Shown here piece by piece: positions 19,465 through 28,289 of a DNA stretch of 64,000 nt. The stretch covers positions 7,403-71,402 of the IMG/VR virus record IMGVR_UViG_3300037515_000591, one strand, 5' to 3'. A program made the translations under genes and the position numbers. Source of the stretch: a virus. The notes beneath the pieces are model-generated. The model was not told the DNA's origin. It searched no databases and saw nothing but the letters and a program-made list of their open reading frames with translations. Each line of letters begins with the position of its first letter. Positions within the stretch are counted from its first letter, which is position 1.

Positions 19465-19662
19465 GTGACCGACTACAGCCAGCGACTCAAGAGGGCCCGC
19501 GCCGCCTATGACAGAGCGCGCTCCGCCTTGTTTGCAGAGATCAAGGAAGCGCTCGAAGCCGAAGACGGACCAACCGTCTCCCAGATCGCACGCGACGCCG
19601 ATTTCACCCGCGAGTACATCGCCAAGATTCGCGATGGCCAGGGACCGAAGGAGACGCGATGA
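19465..19662 (+). CDS. small DNA-binding-like protein
   Basis: 65 aa. TVSQIARDADFTREYIAKIRDG is HTH-like. The stop overlaps the HNH gene start. Confidence 0.55.
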   Translation: MTDYSQRLKRARAAYDRARSALFAEIKEALEAEDGPTVSQIARDADFTREYIAKIRDGQGPKETR

Positions 19663-20222
19663 GCGGACGTGTCTGCGCAGTAGACGCATGCGAAAGGCCG
19701 CGCCATCGCCGCGACTGGTGCGTTATGCACCACAGCCGCTGGAAGCGGACGGGGAACCCGCTTGGCGCGCGAACCAGCCCCGACGTGCGGTTCTGGGCGA
19801 AGGTCGACAAGCGCGGTCCGATGTCGGAGCACCGCCCGGACCTCGGTGCATGCTGGGTGTGGACTGGCGGCAAGGATCGCCTCGGGTATGGGCACTTTTG
19901 GCTGGACCGCAGCCACGTGCTCGCCCATCGGTTCGCATACGAACTGCTGGTGGGCCCAATCGCGGGGAGTCTAGAGATGGACCACTTGTGCCGGGTTAGG
20001 CACTGCGTTAACCCGCACCACCTCGAACAGGTAACTCACCGGGTGAACACTCTGCGCGGCACGTGCCCTTCAGCGCAGGCGGCACGGGTGACCCACTGCC
20101 CACAAGGGCACGCGTACAACGAGGAGAACACCCGCATCTATCAGGGGCGACGGTACTGCCGTGAGTGCAGCCGTGAAGCGAGCCGCCGCTACAAGGCCTC
20201 TAAGCGGGCGGAGCGGGAGTGA
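19659..20222 (+). CDS. HNH endonuclease
   Basis: Motif LAHRFAYELLVGPI...LEMDHLCRVRHCVNPHHLEQVTHRVN, followed by a zinc-ribbon tail. Confidence 0.8.
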   Translation: MSGRVCAVDACERPRHRRDWCVMHHSRWKRTGNPLGARTSPDVRFWAKVDKRGPMSEHRPDLGACWVWTGGKDRLGYGHFWLDRSHVLAHRFAYELLVGPIAGSLEMDHLCRVRHCVNPHHLEQVTHRVNTLRGTCPSAQAARVTHCPQGHAYNEENTRIYQGRRYCRECSREASRRYKASKRAERE

Positions 20223-20286
20223 TCACGCTGACGGAGTTCCTACGCCGGACGGGCCTGCGACTCGCACCAGACGCGGTGGTGAGCTG

Positions 20287-20625
20287 ATGAGTACCGAGTG
20301 GATGACGCCCGAGCAGATCCGGCAACACCGCGCCGCCGAGATCATGGAAGGCCCGCTCGGCCAAGCCATCTACGACGTCATCATCTGGACACGGAAGCAA
20401 TGGCCACCCATGCGGTCCGATGACGAACTGTGGCTCAACCCCACCGACCACGGCGCCACCGTGCTGATCGGCGGCCGGGTGCTCGGCTACGAAGTGTGCG
20501 CCTCCGAACAGGTGCCGCCCGGCAAGGCGCTGATCTACTGCAAGGCCCTCAGCGCGTACGTGGGCGACGGGCAGATGCCGGACGGCCGGTACATGCTGGT
20601 GCGACTCCCGGAGATCACGCTGTGA
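20287..20625 (+). CDS. hypothetical protein
   Basis: Internal ATG at 20287, 112 aa. Confidence 0.55.
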   Translation: MSTEWMTPEQIRQHRAAEIMEGPLGQAIYDVIIWTRKQWPPMRSDDELWLNPTDHGATVLIGGRVLGYEVCASEQVPPGKALIYCKALSAYVGDGQMPDGRYMLVRLPEITL

Positions 20626-20924
20626 GCGACCGCATTCCACTCGACCCCGACCAGGCCATCGCCTTCGACAAGGCGACAGAGAACCGCCGCGAATACATCC
20701 GAGCGGAAAGACTCGACCAGCTGGCCGACGGTGGCGAGTCCGTGCACTACCCGGGCTGCCCTGAATGCGGCGTGCCGGCGAAACACGTCGTGTGGTCCAC
20801 GTACGACCAGGGTCCGGGCGGTGTGCTGGAGATCGATTTGGGTACGTGCGGGCATCGGTTCACCGTGAGCCCGGTACCAGCACGCTTCGACCCAGACGGC
20901 TTCTGGTGGCACTCGGAAGACTGA
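20622..20924 (+). CDS. hypothetical zinc-ribbon protein
   Basis: GTGA overlap start. Contains YPGCPECG...GTCGH. Confidence 0.55.
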   Translation: MSDRIPLDPDQAIAFDKATENRREYIRAERLDQLADGGESVHYPGCPECGVPAKHVVWSTYDQGPGGVLEIDLGTCGHRFTVSPVPARFDPDGFWWHSED

Positions 20925-20933
20925 CGACCGCGC

Positions 20934-22988
20934 TCACTCCCAGCGGGCCACGAACGTGCCCCTGCACCGCACGCCGCCCTCGCACCGCAGATAGCCGCCC
21001 GCACCATACGCAGCCCGCACCGCGTCCAAGTCGTCGAACTCCGTGCCGTCGATCTCAGAGCACGGGTCACACACCCGGCTGTCGTTCTTCTCGCTCGCGA
21101 AATACCGGGCAGTCGGCGCAGCGGCCAACGTCGCCACCCGGCCCGCGTTCTGCGCCCGATGCAACGCACCCCCAAGCTGGTCACGCCGGAACCAATTCTT
21201 CAACCCCTTCAGGAACCGGGTGACCTTGCCCGCCACACCCTCACCGTCCGCACCCGGCGTCAGCAGACGCAACGCCTCACGCCCCGCAGACCCGGCAAGA
21301 TCAGCAGCCAGCAGAGCAGCCGTCGCCGCGGCGATCTCCACCAACTCCGACCCGAACGCGTTCGTCAACGACCGGCTCAAACGCGGCGGCTTCACCTTCA
21401 CACCCTGCTCGGCAGCCTCCGCCACCATCTGCGCGGCAGCAGCCTTCGCCATGTCGGCGAGCGCACCCCGCAGCACCTTCGCCGCCACATCCGAGTCCAC
21501 ACTCAGATCAGCGAGCGCCTCAGTATCACCCGCATCCACCGCGGTCTCGATCTGCGCGGCGAGCGCCTCAACCTGCGCCTCCGCGACCGGCTCCCACGCC
21601 TCCAACAGCCCAGCCAGCGCCTCCTCGAACTGGACCCGCACCCGCTCCAACGCATCGTCATCAGCCTGCGCACGCACCCGACCGTGCTCCAACACCCGGT
21701 TGTACGACGGCTGCCCGGCAGGCAACGCGAACGGCACATGGTGATGCAAGTCCAGACGGGCCGCCGGCGCGGGCACAACCGGAGCCTGCTGAGGCGCCCG
21801 AGCAGGGGCCGGCGCCCGGTACCCCAGATCCGGCAAGCCCAAATACTCCGACGCCAACCGAGGATCCGCGCCCCCATCCACCAGCGTCTTCCACGCCACC
21901 GTCTTCGACTCCGCCTCCTTCACCTCCAACTCCCGGTCCGTCGGAGTCGGATCCACAAAGTCGAACTCCAGGGCACGCGCCGCATCCTTGCCGTACAGCG
22001 GTAGCAACTGGTGGTTCAGCGCGCCGCGGATCGCCCGCAGATCCGGGACGACCAGCCAGCGGGAGAACATGACATCGGCGGCTTCCATGTTGGCGCGGTT
22101 CGCGTCATCAACTGTGCCGAGCATCGGCTTGGGGAAGCCGAGCCCTTCGCGGATGACCTCGCGGGACGCCGCGTTCGACTCGACGAACTGCATGTCGCGC
22201 TGCGTGTACTTGCGGTCCTTCCACACCCCGTGCTCCAGGAACGCGACACGGTGGGCGTTGGCAACACCCTTGTGCTGCTCGTCCCAGCGGGCCTGCAACT
22301 GGTCCCACTCGGGGTCGGAGAGGACGGAGGGGAGTTCGATGATCCCGCCCGGCTCCGCGCTGTTCATGAAGAAGTTCCGCTGCCATTCGGCCGCGAACTT
22401 GTTCGAGTCGATCTCGGCGAGCAGCGGCTGAATCGGCGAGATCCCCCGGTACGGATCCCTCGGGTGCGGCGTACGAATGAAGATCACGTCTTCCAGACGC
22501 AACGCCACCTCCTCACCCCCCGGCCCCGTGTACATGTACCCCGACAGGAACTTCGTGGGATGCGGCACCGGCTGGATACGGTCCGGGCGCACATTCCACA
22601 TCTCCAGCGGCATCGTCGACCGGGCGCTATTCCGGGCGATCACCCACCACGTCTCCCCCGTCAAACCCTTGTGCTGCTGCCCCGCTTCCACGAAAATCTC
22701 GCGGGTGAAGAACGGGTTCGGCTTATTCCACAGGTCGAGCGCGGGATGAACCGCAACTTCCTGCCGGTCCTCCTTCAGCCCAGACTTGGCCTTGCGGTAC
22801 AGATGCCACTCCACCCCGGCCACAGCCTTCGACCAGCGGCTGACGATCGCATGGACGGTGCCCACCGTCTCCATCGCCCGCATCTGCGCCTCAGCACCGC
22901 TGGGTGCCCGCCACGGAATCGACAGCCCGCCACGGGCCGACACGTACGGCACCGGCGTCTTATTCCTCAGGGCACGTAGAGACCTCAC
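20934..22988 (-). CDS. portal protein fused to a MuF-like minor head domain
   Basis: The N-terminal two thirds are portal-like. The C-terminus ...FASEKNDSRVCDPCSEIDG...YLRCEGGVRCRGTF is MuF-like. The start is GTG 22988 with RBS GGAGAAGGGGA. Confidence 0.8.
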   Translation of the reverse strand: MRSLRALRNKTPVPYVSARGGLSIPWRAPSGAEAQMRAMETVGTVHAIVSRWSKAVAGVEWHLYRKAKSGLKEDRQEVAVHPALDLWNKPNPFFTREIFVEAGQQHKGLTGETWWVIARNSARSTMPLEMWNVRPDRIQPVPHPTKFLSGYMYTGPGGEEVALRLEDVIFIRTPHPRDPYRGISPIQPLLAEIDSNKFAAEWQRNFFMNSAEPGGIIELPSVLSDPEWDQLQARWDEQHKGVANAHRVAFLEHGVWKDRKYTQRDMQFVESNAASREVIREGLGFPKPMLGTVDDANRANMEAADVMFSRWLVVPDLRAIRGALNHQLLPLYGKDAARALEFDFVDPTPTDRELEVKEAESKTVAWKTLVDGGADPRLASEYLGLPDLGYRAPAPARAPQQAPVVPAPAARLDLHHHVPFALPAGQPSYNRVLEHGRVRAQADDDALERVRVQFEEALAGLLEAWEPVAEAQVEALAAQIETAVDAGDTEALADLSVDSDVAAKVLRGALADMAKAAAAQMVAEAAEQGVKVKPPRLSRSLTNAFGSELVEIAAATAALLAADLAGSAGREALRLLTPGADGEGVAGKVTRFLKGLKNWFRRDQLGGALHRAQNAGRVATLAAAPTARYFASEKNDSRVCDPCSEIDGTEFDDLDAVRAAYGAGGYLRCEGGVRCRGTFVARWE

Positions 22989-23209
22989 CGGACTGTCCCC
23001 TTCTCCTGGTCGGACAGGACGCCCATCAACAGCAGCGCCACCGACGCCCCTGCAAGACCGGCACCGACACCCCAAGTAACCCACGCGGACGCGGTACCGC
23101 ACGCAAACCCGGCGGTGGTGAACAGGCCGGCACGAGCCTCGGACGCTACAGTCGCGGCCTTGGTGAAGCGGGCGCGGGCCGCAGCGAGTATGGCGGCTGT
23201 CTGTTTCAC
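22985..23209 (-). CDS. small membrane protein
   Basis: GTG 23209 with RBS GGGAGG. Hydrophobic stretches FTTAGFACGTASAWVTWGVGAGLAGASVALLLMGVL. Confidence 0.45.
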   Translation of the reverse strand: MKQTAAILAAARARFTKAATVASEARAGLFTTAGFACGTASAWVTWGVGAGLAGASVALLLMGVLSDQEKGTVR

Positions 23210-23360
23210 GCCGGCCTCCCAAATCGGTTCGACTACCTGGCATTGTCCACGCACCCGCGCTACCGGGGCTAGCGGCGGGCGATCACAGCCAACGCACCTA
23301 GGCGTAGCGCACGACATAGAAAGCCAGCAATAGAGTGTCAGCAGTTGATGGAATCGCCTG

Positions 23361-23996
23361 GTGAATCCACCAGTTCAGGTTGTGTACAAGGGCGTTACGT
23401 ACAAGCGGAATCCCAACAGCGATGACTGGCCCAAGCGCGTGTATTACCAGGCGCCTCGCGGCAGCGGACGCGGATACCTGCACCGCGACGTCTTCACCGA
23501 CGCCAATGGTCCGATCCCGGACGGCATGCACGTCCATCACCGAGACCACGACCCGTTCAACAACGACCCGTCGAATCTGACGCTCCTCACCCCGAAGCAG
23601 CACCGCCAAGAGCACAGCAAGAAGTTCGACGAAGCACGCATGAAGATCTTCAGGGAGACCACTCTCGCAGCTGCGGCGAAATGGCATGGAAGCGAAGAAG
23701 GCCGCGCTTGGCATCGGGAGCACGGCCGCAAGACCTGGGAGGGGCGCGAGACGAGCACCTTCACATGCCCTGAGTGTGGGGAGGAACACCAGGGGCACTT
23801 CCTGGCGCGCACCGGCCCTGAACGGTACTGCTCAGGGCGTTGCAGGCAGCGAGCGGAATGGCGAACGAAGAAGTACTGGGAAGATGCCACCTGCCCCATG
23901 TGCTCGGCAGCGTTCAAGCGACAGCGGGGACGTAGTGAGACTTGCTCGCGCAGTTGCGGGGCAAAGCTCAATTGGCAGCGGCGTGCGTCCTCATAG
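23361..23996 (+). CDS. HNH endonuclease (antisense to the late operon)
   Basis: Motif MHVHHRDHDPFNNDPSNLTLLTPKQHRQEH plus C-terminal CxxC pairs. It converges on the large terminase with a 6 nt overlap. Confidence 0.8.
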   Translation: MNPPVQVVYKGVTYKRNPNSDDWPKRVYYQAPRGSGRGYLHRDVFTDANGPIPDGMHVHHRDHDPFNNDPSNLTLLTPKQHRQEHSKKFDEARMKIFRETTLAAAAKWHGSEEGRAWHREHGRKTWEGRETSTFTCPECGEEHQGHFLARTGPERYCSGRCRQRAEWRTKKYWEDATCPMCSAAFKRQRGRSETCSRSCGAKLNWQRRASS

Positions 23997-25436
23997 CCAA
24001 CGGACCCTGGTCCGGGGACCGACAAAATAGGCCAAAAGCAACGCATCTGCGTTATCCGGGCTTCGGCCGATTCGCTTCTTCGTCTCATCCTTCGGCTCCA
24101 CCACCGTCCGCCCCGCGCTGTCCGTCGTGTACTTCGGCGCCGTCAACTGCGACACCAACCGCTCCCGATCCTTCTCCTCCAGCCCCGACATGTCCCACGC
24201 CAGATCCTCCGACAACTGCCGGCCCACCTCCCACCACAACTGCGACCGCAGATTCTTGAACCGGCCCGGATTCGACGACGCCTCCGACACGTTCACCCCC
24301 ACCACCTGTGCCCGGTGCAAGCTCTGCGACTGCTTCTCCCGCAGTGAGCCGACCACGCCCCACCCGATCCCGATCGCATCCACCTTCACGATCGCGGCCT
24401 GCGACTGGTTGATCGCCTCCACGATCCGGGCCACAGACCTCACCGGATCCCGCTCACGGAACCGCCACTCCCGGCCCACCACCACACCACGCCGCTCACG
24501 AATCACCGTCTCGTCACCGCCAGCACCCATATCGATCCCGAGCTCCACCGGCGTGAGCTGACCTGGCGGCCACGGGATATCGCGCGGCCGGCAGCAGGCA
24601 CGGACTTTCGACAGGCGCACCACCCCGTCCTCCGCGTCCGACGGGAAATCCCCGAGGACCTTGCTGATGTAGGTGGGCGACTCCTCCCCGTACTCCAGCC
24701 GCATCTCCTCGACGTAAGCGTGGGAGACGAGCATCTCCCGCAGCTCGTCCGGGACTTCCTCGCCCGTGAAGTTGGGGGTGTCGAACGCCGAGATCTTGAT
24801 GGTGTTCCAGCGTCCACTCCCGCAGACGCGAGCGAACTCAGTCCCCGGGTCGTCCGGATTGCCGACAGCGAGAATGCGGCAGTGCTCGCCCGTGGCGATC
24901 GCGCGCGCAGCGGTCCAGAACTGCTTGTTCACGCCGCACGCTTCATCCAAGATCACAAGCACGTACTTCGCGTGGATGCCCTGGAAGGCATGCGGGTTGT
25001 AGTCGGACGGTTTGCGGCCGAAAGCGATCAGCCGCTTCCCCAGCTTCCAGTCCGTCTCATTGATCCGCCCCAGAAACGGACGGCCCCGCGCCTCGGCCTT
25101 CGTGAACGCCCCGTTGATCTCAGACCACAGGATCGCCTTCACCTGATCCCCGGTCGGCGCAGTCGTCACCACCCGCGCCTCACCCGGCGGATGAATGTCC
25201 AGCCACCACGCCACCAACTGCGCAGCCAAGAAGCTCTTGCCGACACCGTGGCAGGACTGCACGGCCGTCTGCCGGTGGTCGCGCACCGACTCCGCAATCT
25301 GGATCTGCTTCGACCACAGATGCGTGCCCAGCTTCTCCCGCGCCCACAAGCCCGGGTCGTCGACGTACTGCTCCGCGACAGCAGCCTCATCCGCCTGATC
25401 CTCCAGGCGACCTGCGGCAAGCGTGATCGCGTCCAC
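23991..25436 (-). CDS. terminase large subunit
   Basis: Walker A-like CHGVGKS, VLVILDEA, and a C-terminal nuclease-like region. 481 aa. Confidence 0.9.
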   Translation of the reverse strand: MDAITLAAGRLEDQADEAAVAEQYVDDPGLWAREKLGTHLWSKQIQIAESVRDHRQTAVQSCHGVGKSFLAAQLVAWWLDIHPPGEARVVTTAPTGDQVKAILWSEINGAFTKAEARGRPFLGRINETDWKLGKRLIAFGRKPSDYNPHAFQGIHAKYVLVILDEACGVNKQFWTAARAIATGEHCRILAVGNPDDPGTEFARVCGSGRWNTIKISAFDTPNFTGEEVPDELREMLVSHAYVEEMRLEYGEESPTYISKVLGDFPSDAEDGVVRLSKVRACCRPRDIPWPPGQLTPVELGIDMGAGGDETVIRERRGVVVGREWRFRERDPVRSVARIVEAINQSQAAIVKVDAIGIGWGVVGSLREKQSQSLHRAQVVGVNVSEASSNPGRFKNLRSQLWWEVGRQLSEDLAWDMSGLEEKDRERLVSQLTAPKYTTDSAGRTVVEPKDETKKRIGRSPDNADALLLAYFVGPRTRVRWL

Positions 25437-25445
25437 CCCAGGGCC

Positions 25446-26018
25446 CTACACAGTCCTGAGATGACGGGCAGCGGCCTGCTTGGCCTTCGCCGCGTCCTGC
25501 CCCGTCACGCCGACCGCGGCGAGAGCCGCGTCGATCGCGTCGATCACCGCGTCCGCCTGGCGCTCCGTCACCCGGGCCAGCCGCTCCTCGATATTCAAAC
25601 GGGCAATCGCAGAGAGCACCGCCACCGCCCGGTCCATCGCCCGCTCATACAAGGCGACCTCGGCGCGAAGCTGCTCCGCCCCAGTCGCGCCTTCGTAGCG
25701 GACTTCCTCCAGCCCGTTGACGAGCGTCGCCGTCGCCTCCTGCCAGGCGAGGATCTGCCCGGCCAGCTTCAGCAGGGCAGCAAGCGGGTCATCGACCGCA
25801 GGGACGCCGAGTTCGGCGAGTACCGCGCGGGCTTCTGCCTCGGCGCGCCGGCGGACCGCTCCGGTTGTCTGGGTGCTGGTGCTACCGCCGTGCAGCCGGC
25901 AGGCGCCGTATCCAGGGTGGTCGGTTCCCCATCCGGCTGTCTTGCGGCACGTTCCCTCTGCCTGGCGGAGTCGGGCGCCACAGAGGTCATGGAGGCTGTT
26001 GTCTGACGCGAAGGTCAT
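25446..26018 (-). CDS. terminase small subunit (putative)
   Basis: ATG 26018 with RBS AAAGGAGG. The N-terminus CGARL...GTC...GACRLHGG is followed by a helical region. It lies directly upstream of the large subunit. Confidence 0.65.
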   Translation of the reverse strand: MTFASDNSLHDLCGARLRQAEGTCRKTAGWGTDHPGYGACRLHGGSTSTQTTGAVRRRAEAEARAVLAELGVPAVDDPLAALLKLAGQILAWQEATATLVNGLEEVRYEGATGAEQLRAEVALYERAMDRAVAVLSAIARLNIEERLARVTERQADAVIDAIDAALAAVGVTGQDAAKAKQAAARHLRTV

Positions 26019-26102
26019 GGAGCCTCCTTTGTGTGCGGTTACTGTCTGTCGTGGTTTGATGGTAACGAGGGTGTGCAACTGGTGGATGGTGGTGCACGCG
26101 AT

Positions 26103-26141
26103 GAAGGCCCGCTTCCCGATGGGCGTCGGGGGCGGGCCTTC
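26103..26141 (-). terminator. stem-loop between the 26163 gene and the terminase operon
   Basis: GAAGGCCCGC ... GCGGGCCTTC, a 10 bp inverted repeat. Confidence 0.5.
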
Positions 26142-26162
26142 GGCGTGCGTGGGGTCCGGCGG

Positions 26163-26645
26163 TCAGCTCTCCCAGCCTTGGGCGACGTCCAGGGCGCGGC
26201 GCAGCGCGGACGCGAACGGCAGGCGCTGCGCCTCCGGCAGGGTGATCGACGCCGCCGTGATGCCGCTGTGCCCGTCGTCCTCCAACACGGTCACGGAAAA
26301 CCCGTCCTGCATCGGGTTGAGAGCCAGCCCGTACAGGTCACCCAGCCACGTGCCGATACGGCCCTTCTCGGTGCCGTCCGGCCAGTGCGCCGCGTGCTCC
26401 CAGTGTCCGGTGACCGGCACGTTGAGCGCGGTGATGAGCGCGGGCAGGTCGGTGGTGGTGATCGCGGCCTCGGCGGCGTGGGTCTTGTCGCGGGTGACCC
26501 GCAGGTACACCTCGGCGCTACCGGGCTCGGCGTGGGGGAGGCCGGCGGGGATGACGGTGAGGGTCGTCCCGTCGACGCTGGTGTAGTCCCAGGGTTGGGG
26601 GGTGAGTTCGGCGATGGTCTGGTTGAGGGCGGTGTGGAAGTCCAT
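26163..26645 (-). CDS. hypothetical protein
   Basis: 160 aa ORF with coding-like composition. Confidence 0.6.
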   Translation of the reverse strand: MDFHTALNQTIAELTPQPWDYTSVDGTTLTVIPAGLPHAEPGSAEVYLRVTRDKTHAAEAAITTTDLPALITALNVPVTGHWEHAAHWPDGTEKGRIGTWLGDLYGLALNPMQDGFSVTVLEDDGHSGITAASITLPEAQRLPFASALRRALDVAQGWES

Positions 26646-26690
26646 GAGGGTCTCCTTCGGGGGCAGGCGGGGGTGCGGGGGCGGGGCGGG

Positions 26691-26930
26691 TCAGTCGTCG
26701 ATGGGCCGGAGTGCGCTGCACTGGCGTCGGCGGGGCACGATCCGGGAGCCGTGCCCGTCGAGGTCTGCGGCGACCGCGCCGTTGCCGTAGACGGCGGTGA
26801 CGTACCCGCACACGGTGTCGTACGGCCAGGCGCCGGTGTAGGCCTGGATCCACCAGCCGGGTTGGATGTCGGCGAAGGTGGCGGGTTGGCCGTTGGGCAT
26901 GAGGTGGGTGTAGGTGCGGGTGTCGGTCAT
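26691..26930 (-). CDS. hypothetical protein
   Basis: 79 aa ORF. Confidence 0.55.
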   Translation of the reverse strand: MTDTRTYTHLMPNGQPATFADIQPGWWIQAYTGAWPYDTVCGYVTAVYGNGAVAADLDGHGSRIVPRRRQCSALRPIDD

Positions 26931-26939
26931 GGCGGCCTC

Positions 26940-27302
26940 CTAGGCGGCGAGGCTGAGGATGTGGGCGGCGATGCGGTGGTAGCAGACGTGCTTGCCCTTC
27001 AGGCCGGCGGCGCAGGTGCAGCCCTGGGGGGCGGTCTTGTAGGTGTCGGTGCCGTTGGAGGCGATGACCTGGAAGACGTGACGGCCGCGGAGGGGGATGA
27101 GGGCGCCCTGCTCGATGAGTTCTTCGGCCTTGGCGACGAGGTGGGCCTTGTACTGGGAGACGACCTGCGCCTTGCGGGCCTTGCGGATCATGACGCGGCA
27201 CTTGGGGCCGTAGCCGTCGGCGGTGGGGACGCGGAGGGCGCGGCGGCAGCGGAGGCAGTGACCGATGATCGGCTTCTGGGTGGTGGTGGCTGCGGCGTTC
27301 AC
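26940..27302 (-). CDS. SWIM zinc-finger protein
   Basis: CTCAAGLKGKHVCYHRIAA fits the SWIM pattern CxC...CxH. The start is GTG 27302 with RBS GAGGGGGA. Confidence 0.6.
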   Translation of the reverse strand: MNAAATTTQKPIIGHCLRCRRALRVPTADGYGPKCRVMIRKARKAQVVSQYKAHLVAKAEELIEQGALIPLRGRHVFQVIASNGTDTYKTAPQGCTCAAGLKGKHVCYHRIAAHILSLAA

Positions 27303-27338
27303 GGTGGTCCCCCTCGGTGCGGTGTTCCTTCTGACTCC

Positions 27339-27367
27339 ATAATGGCCAACCCTGTTGGCATTGTCAA
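27339..27367 (-). promoter_or_regulatory. leftward promoter TTGACA-17 nt-CATTAT with an operator-like palindrome in the spacer
   Basis: On the minus strand, ttgaca lies at 27367-27362 and cattat at 27344-27339. The imperfect palindrome ATGGCCAACcctGTTGGCAT at 27342-27361 fills the spacer. Confidence 0.5.
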
Positions 27368-27396
27368 TACGGTTGGCAATGGCATACGCGTAGGCC

Positions 27397-27969
27397 ATGT
27401 GCAACCATGACCGCATGGACACTGCCAACCTCGAACACACAGCACGCCGCTACCGAGATGCCGAAGCCGCCCTAGACGCAGCCCGCACCAATCTCCAGAC
27501 CGAAGTGATCGCCTTCCTCCAGCAGCACGCCAGCGAACGCGGCGCACAGACCACAGCCGCCACCATCACCGGATGGAGCCGCGAGCACCTGCGAGGACTA
27601 CGGAAGAAAGCCGAGGAAGAGGCCGAACGCGCCCGCCGCGAGGCTGTGGTGGAGGCGCTGCGCCGGAAGGTCGAGGAGCTCAGCGCCACGGGCGAGCCGC
27701 AGCCTGCTGCCGTCGCGCCTCGCGTGCAGGTCTCGGCGGTAGTGCCGTCAGAGCCGCTGCCCGAGCTGTTGCCGAGGGAGTTCCGCAAGGTGGTCGCGCG
27801 GGCTATGAGCCGTGCGAAGCCCGACCAGCGTGAACGGCTGAACCTGACCGCGAAGACTGCGGAGCAGTTGGGCCGCGACAAGAACGACGCGGTTCTGAAG
27901 GTGGCGTTCGAGTTGGGGCTGCTGAAGCACGACGAGGTGTACGGCACGAACGAGGAGCCGACCGCATGA
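27397..27969 (+). CDS. hypothetical coiled-coil protein
   Basis: 190 aa with a charged helical middle. Alternative start at ATG 27415. Confidence 0.55.
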   Translation: MCNHDRMDTANLEHTARRYRDAEAALDAARTNLQTEVIAFLQQHASERGAQTTAATITGWSREHLRGLRKKAEEEAERARREAVVEALRRKVEELSATGEPQPAAVAPRVQVSAVVPSEPLPELLPREFRKVVARAMSRAKPDQRERLNLTAKTAEQLGRDKNDAVLKVAFELGLLKHDEVYGTNEEPTA

Positions 27970-28289
27970 GCGAGGCAGTCACCTGGGTCGCCCAGCAGCT
28001 CACTGCGGCAGGATTCACCCCACTGCCGAGCCTTCACCCGTCCGAGTACTTCTCCGTGACGGGCTTCGCTGTCGAGGATGCCAGCGACCCGGACGCTGCC
28101 CGCGTGACGGTCACTGCACGGTTCACTGGCCAGGATCAGTACAAGCAGTGGGGTGAGGCGCGGCGGCTGGCCGGCAGGTTGATGGATGTGCTTCAGCCGC
28201 TGGGCGTCGGGTTCGAGGAGATCAAGGGCCGTGAGCCGAACTGCGCTTTCGACGCCTACCCGCCCGACAGCGAGGATGCGACCGCATGA
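27966..28289 (+). CDS. hypothetical protein
   Basis: ATGA overlap start, 107 aa. Confidence 0.6.
   Translation: MSEAVTWVAQQLTAAGFTPLPSLHPSEYFSVTGFAVEDASDPDAARVTVTARFTGQDQYKQWGEARRLAGRLMDVLQPLGVGFEEIKGREPNCAFDAYPPDSEDATA

Noticed and set aside
20934-21400. Polymorphic toxin domain at the MuF C-terminus.
   Set aside because: The protein ends right after the canonical MuF Cys motif with no additional C-terminal domain.
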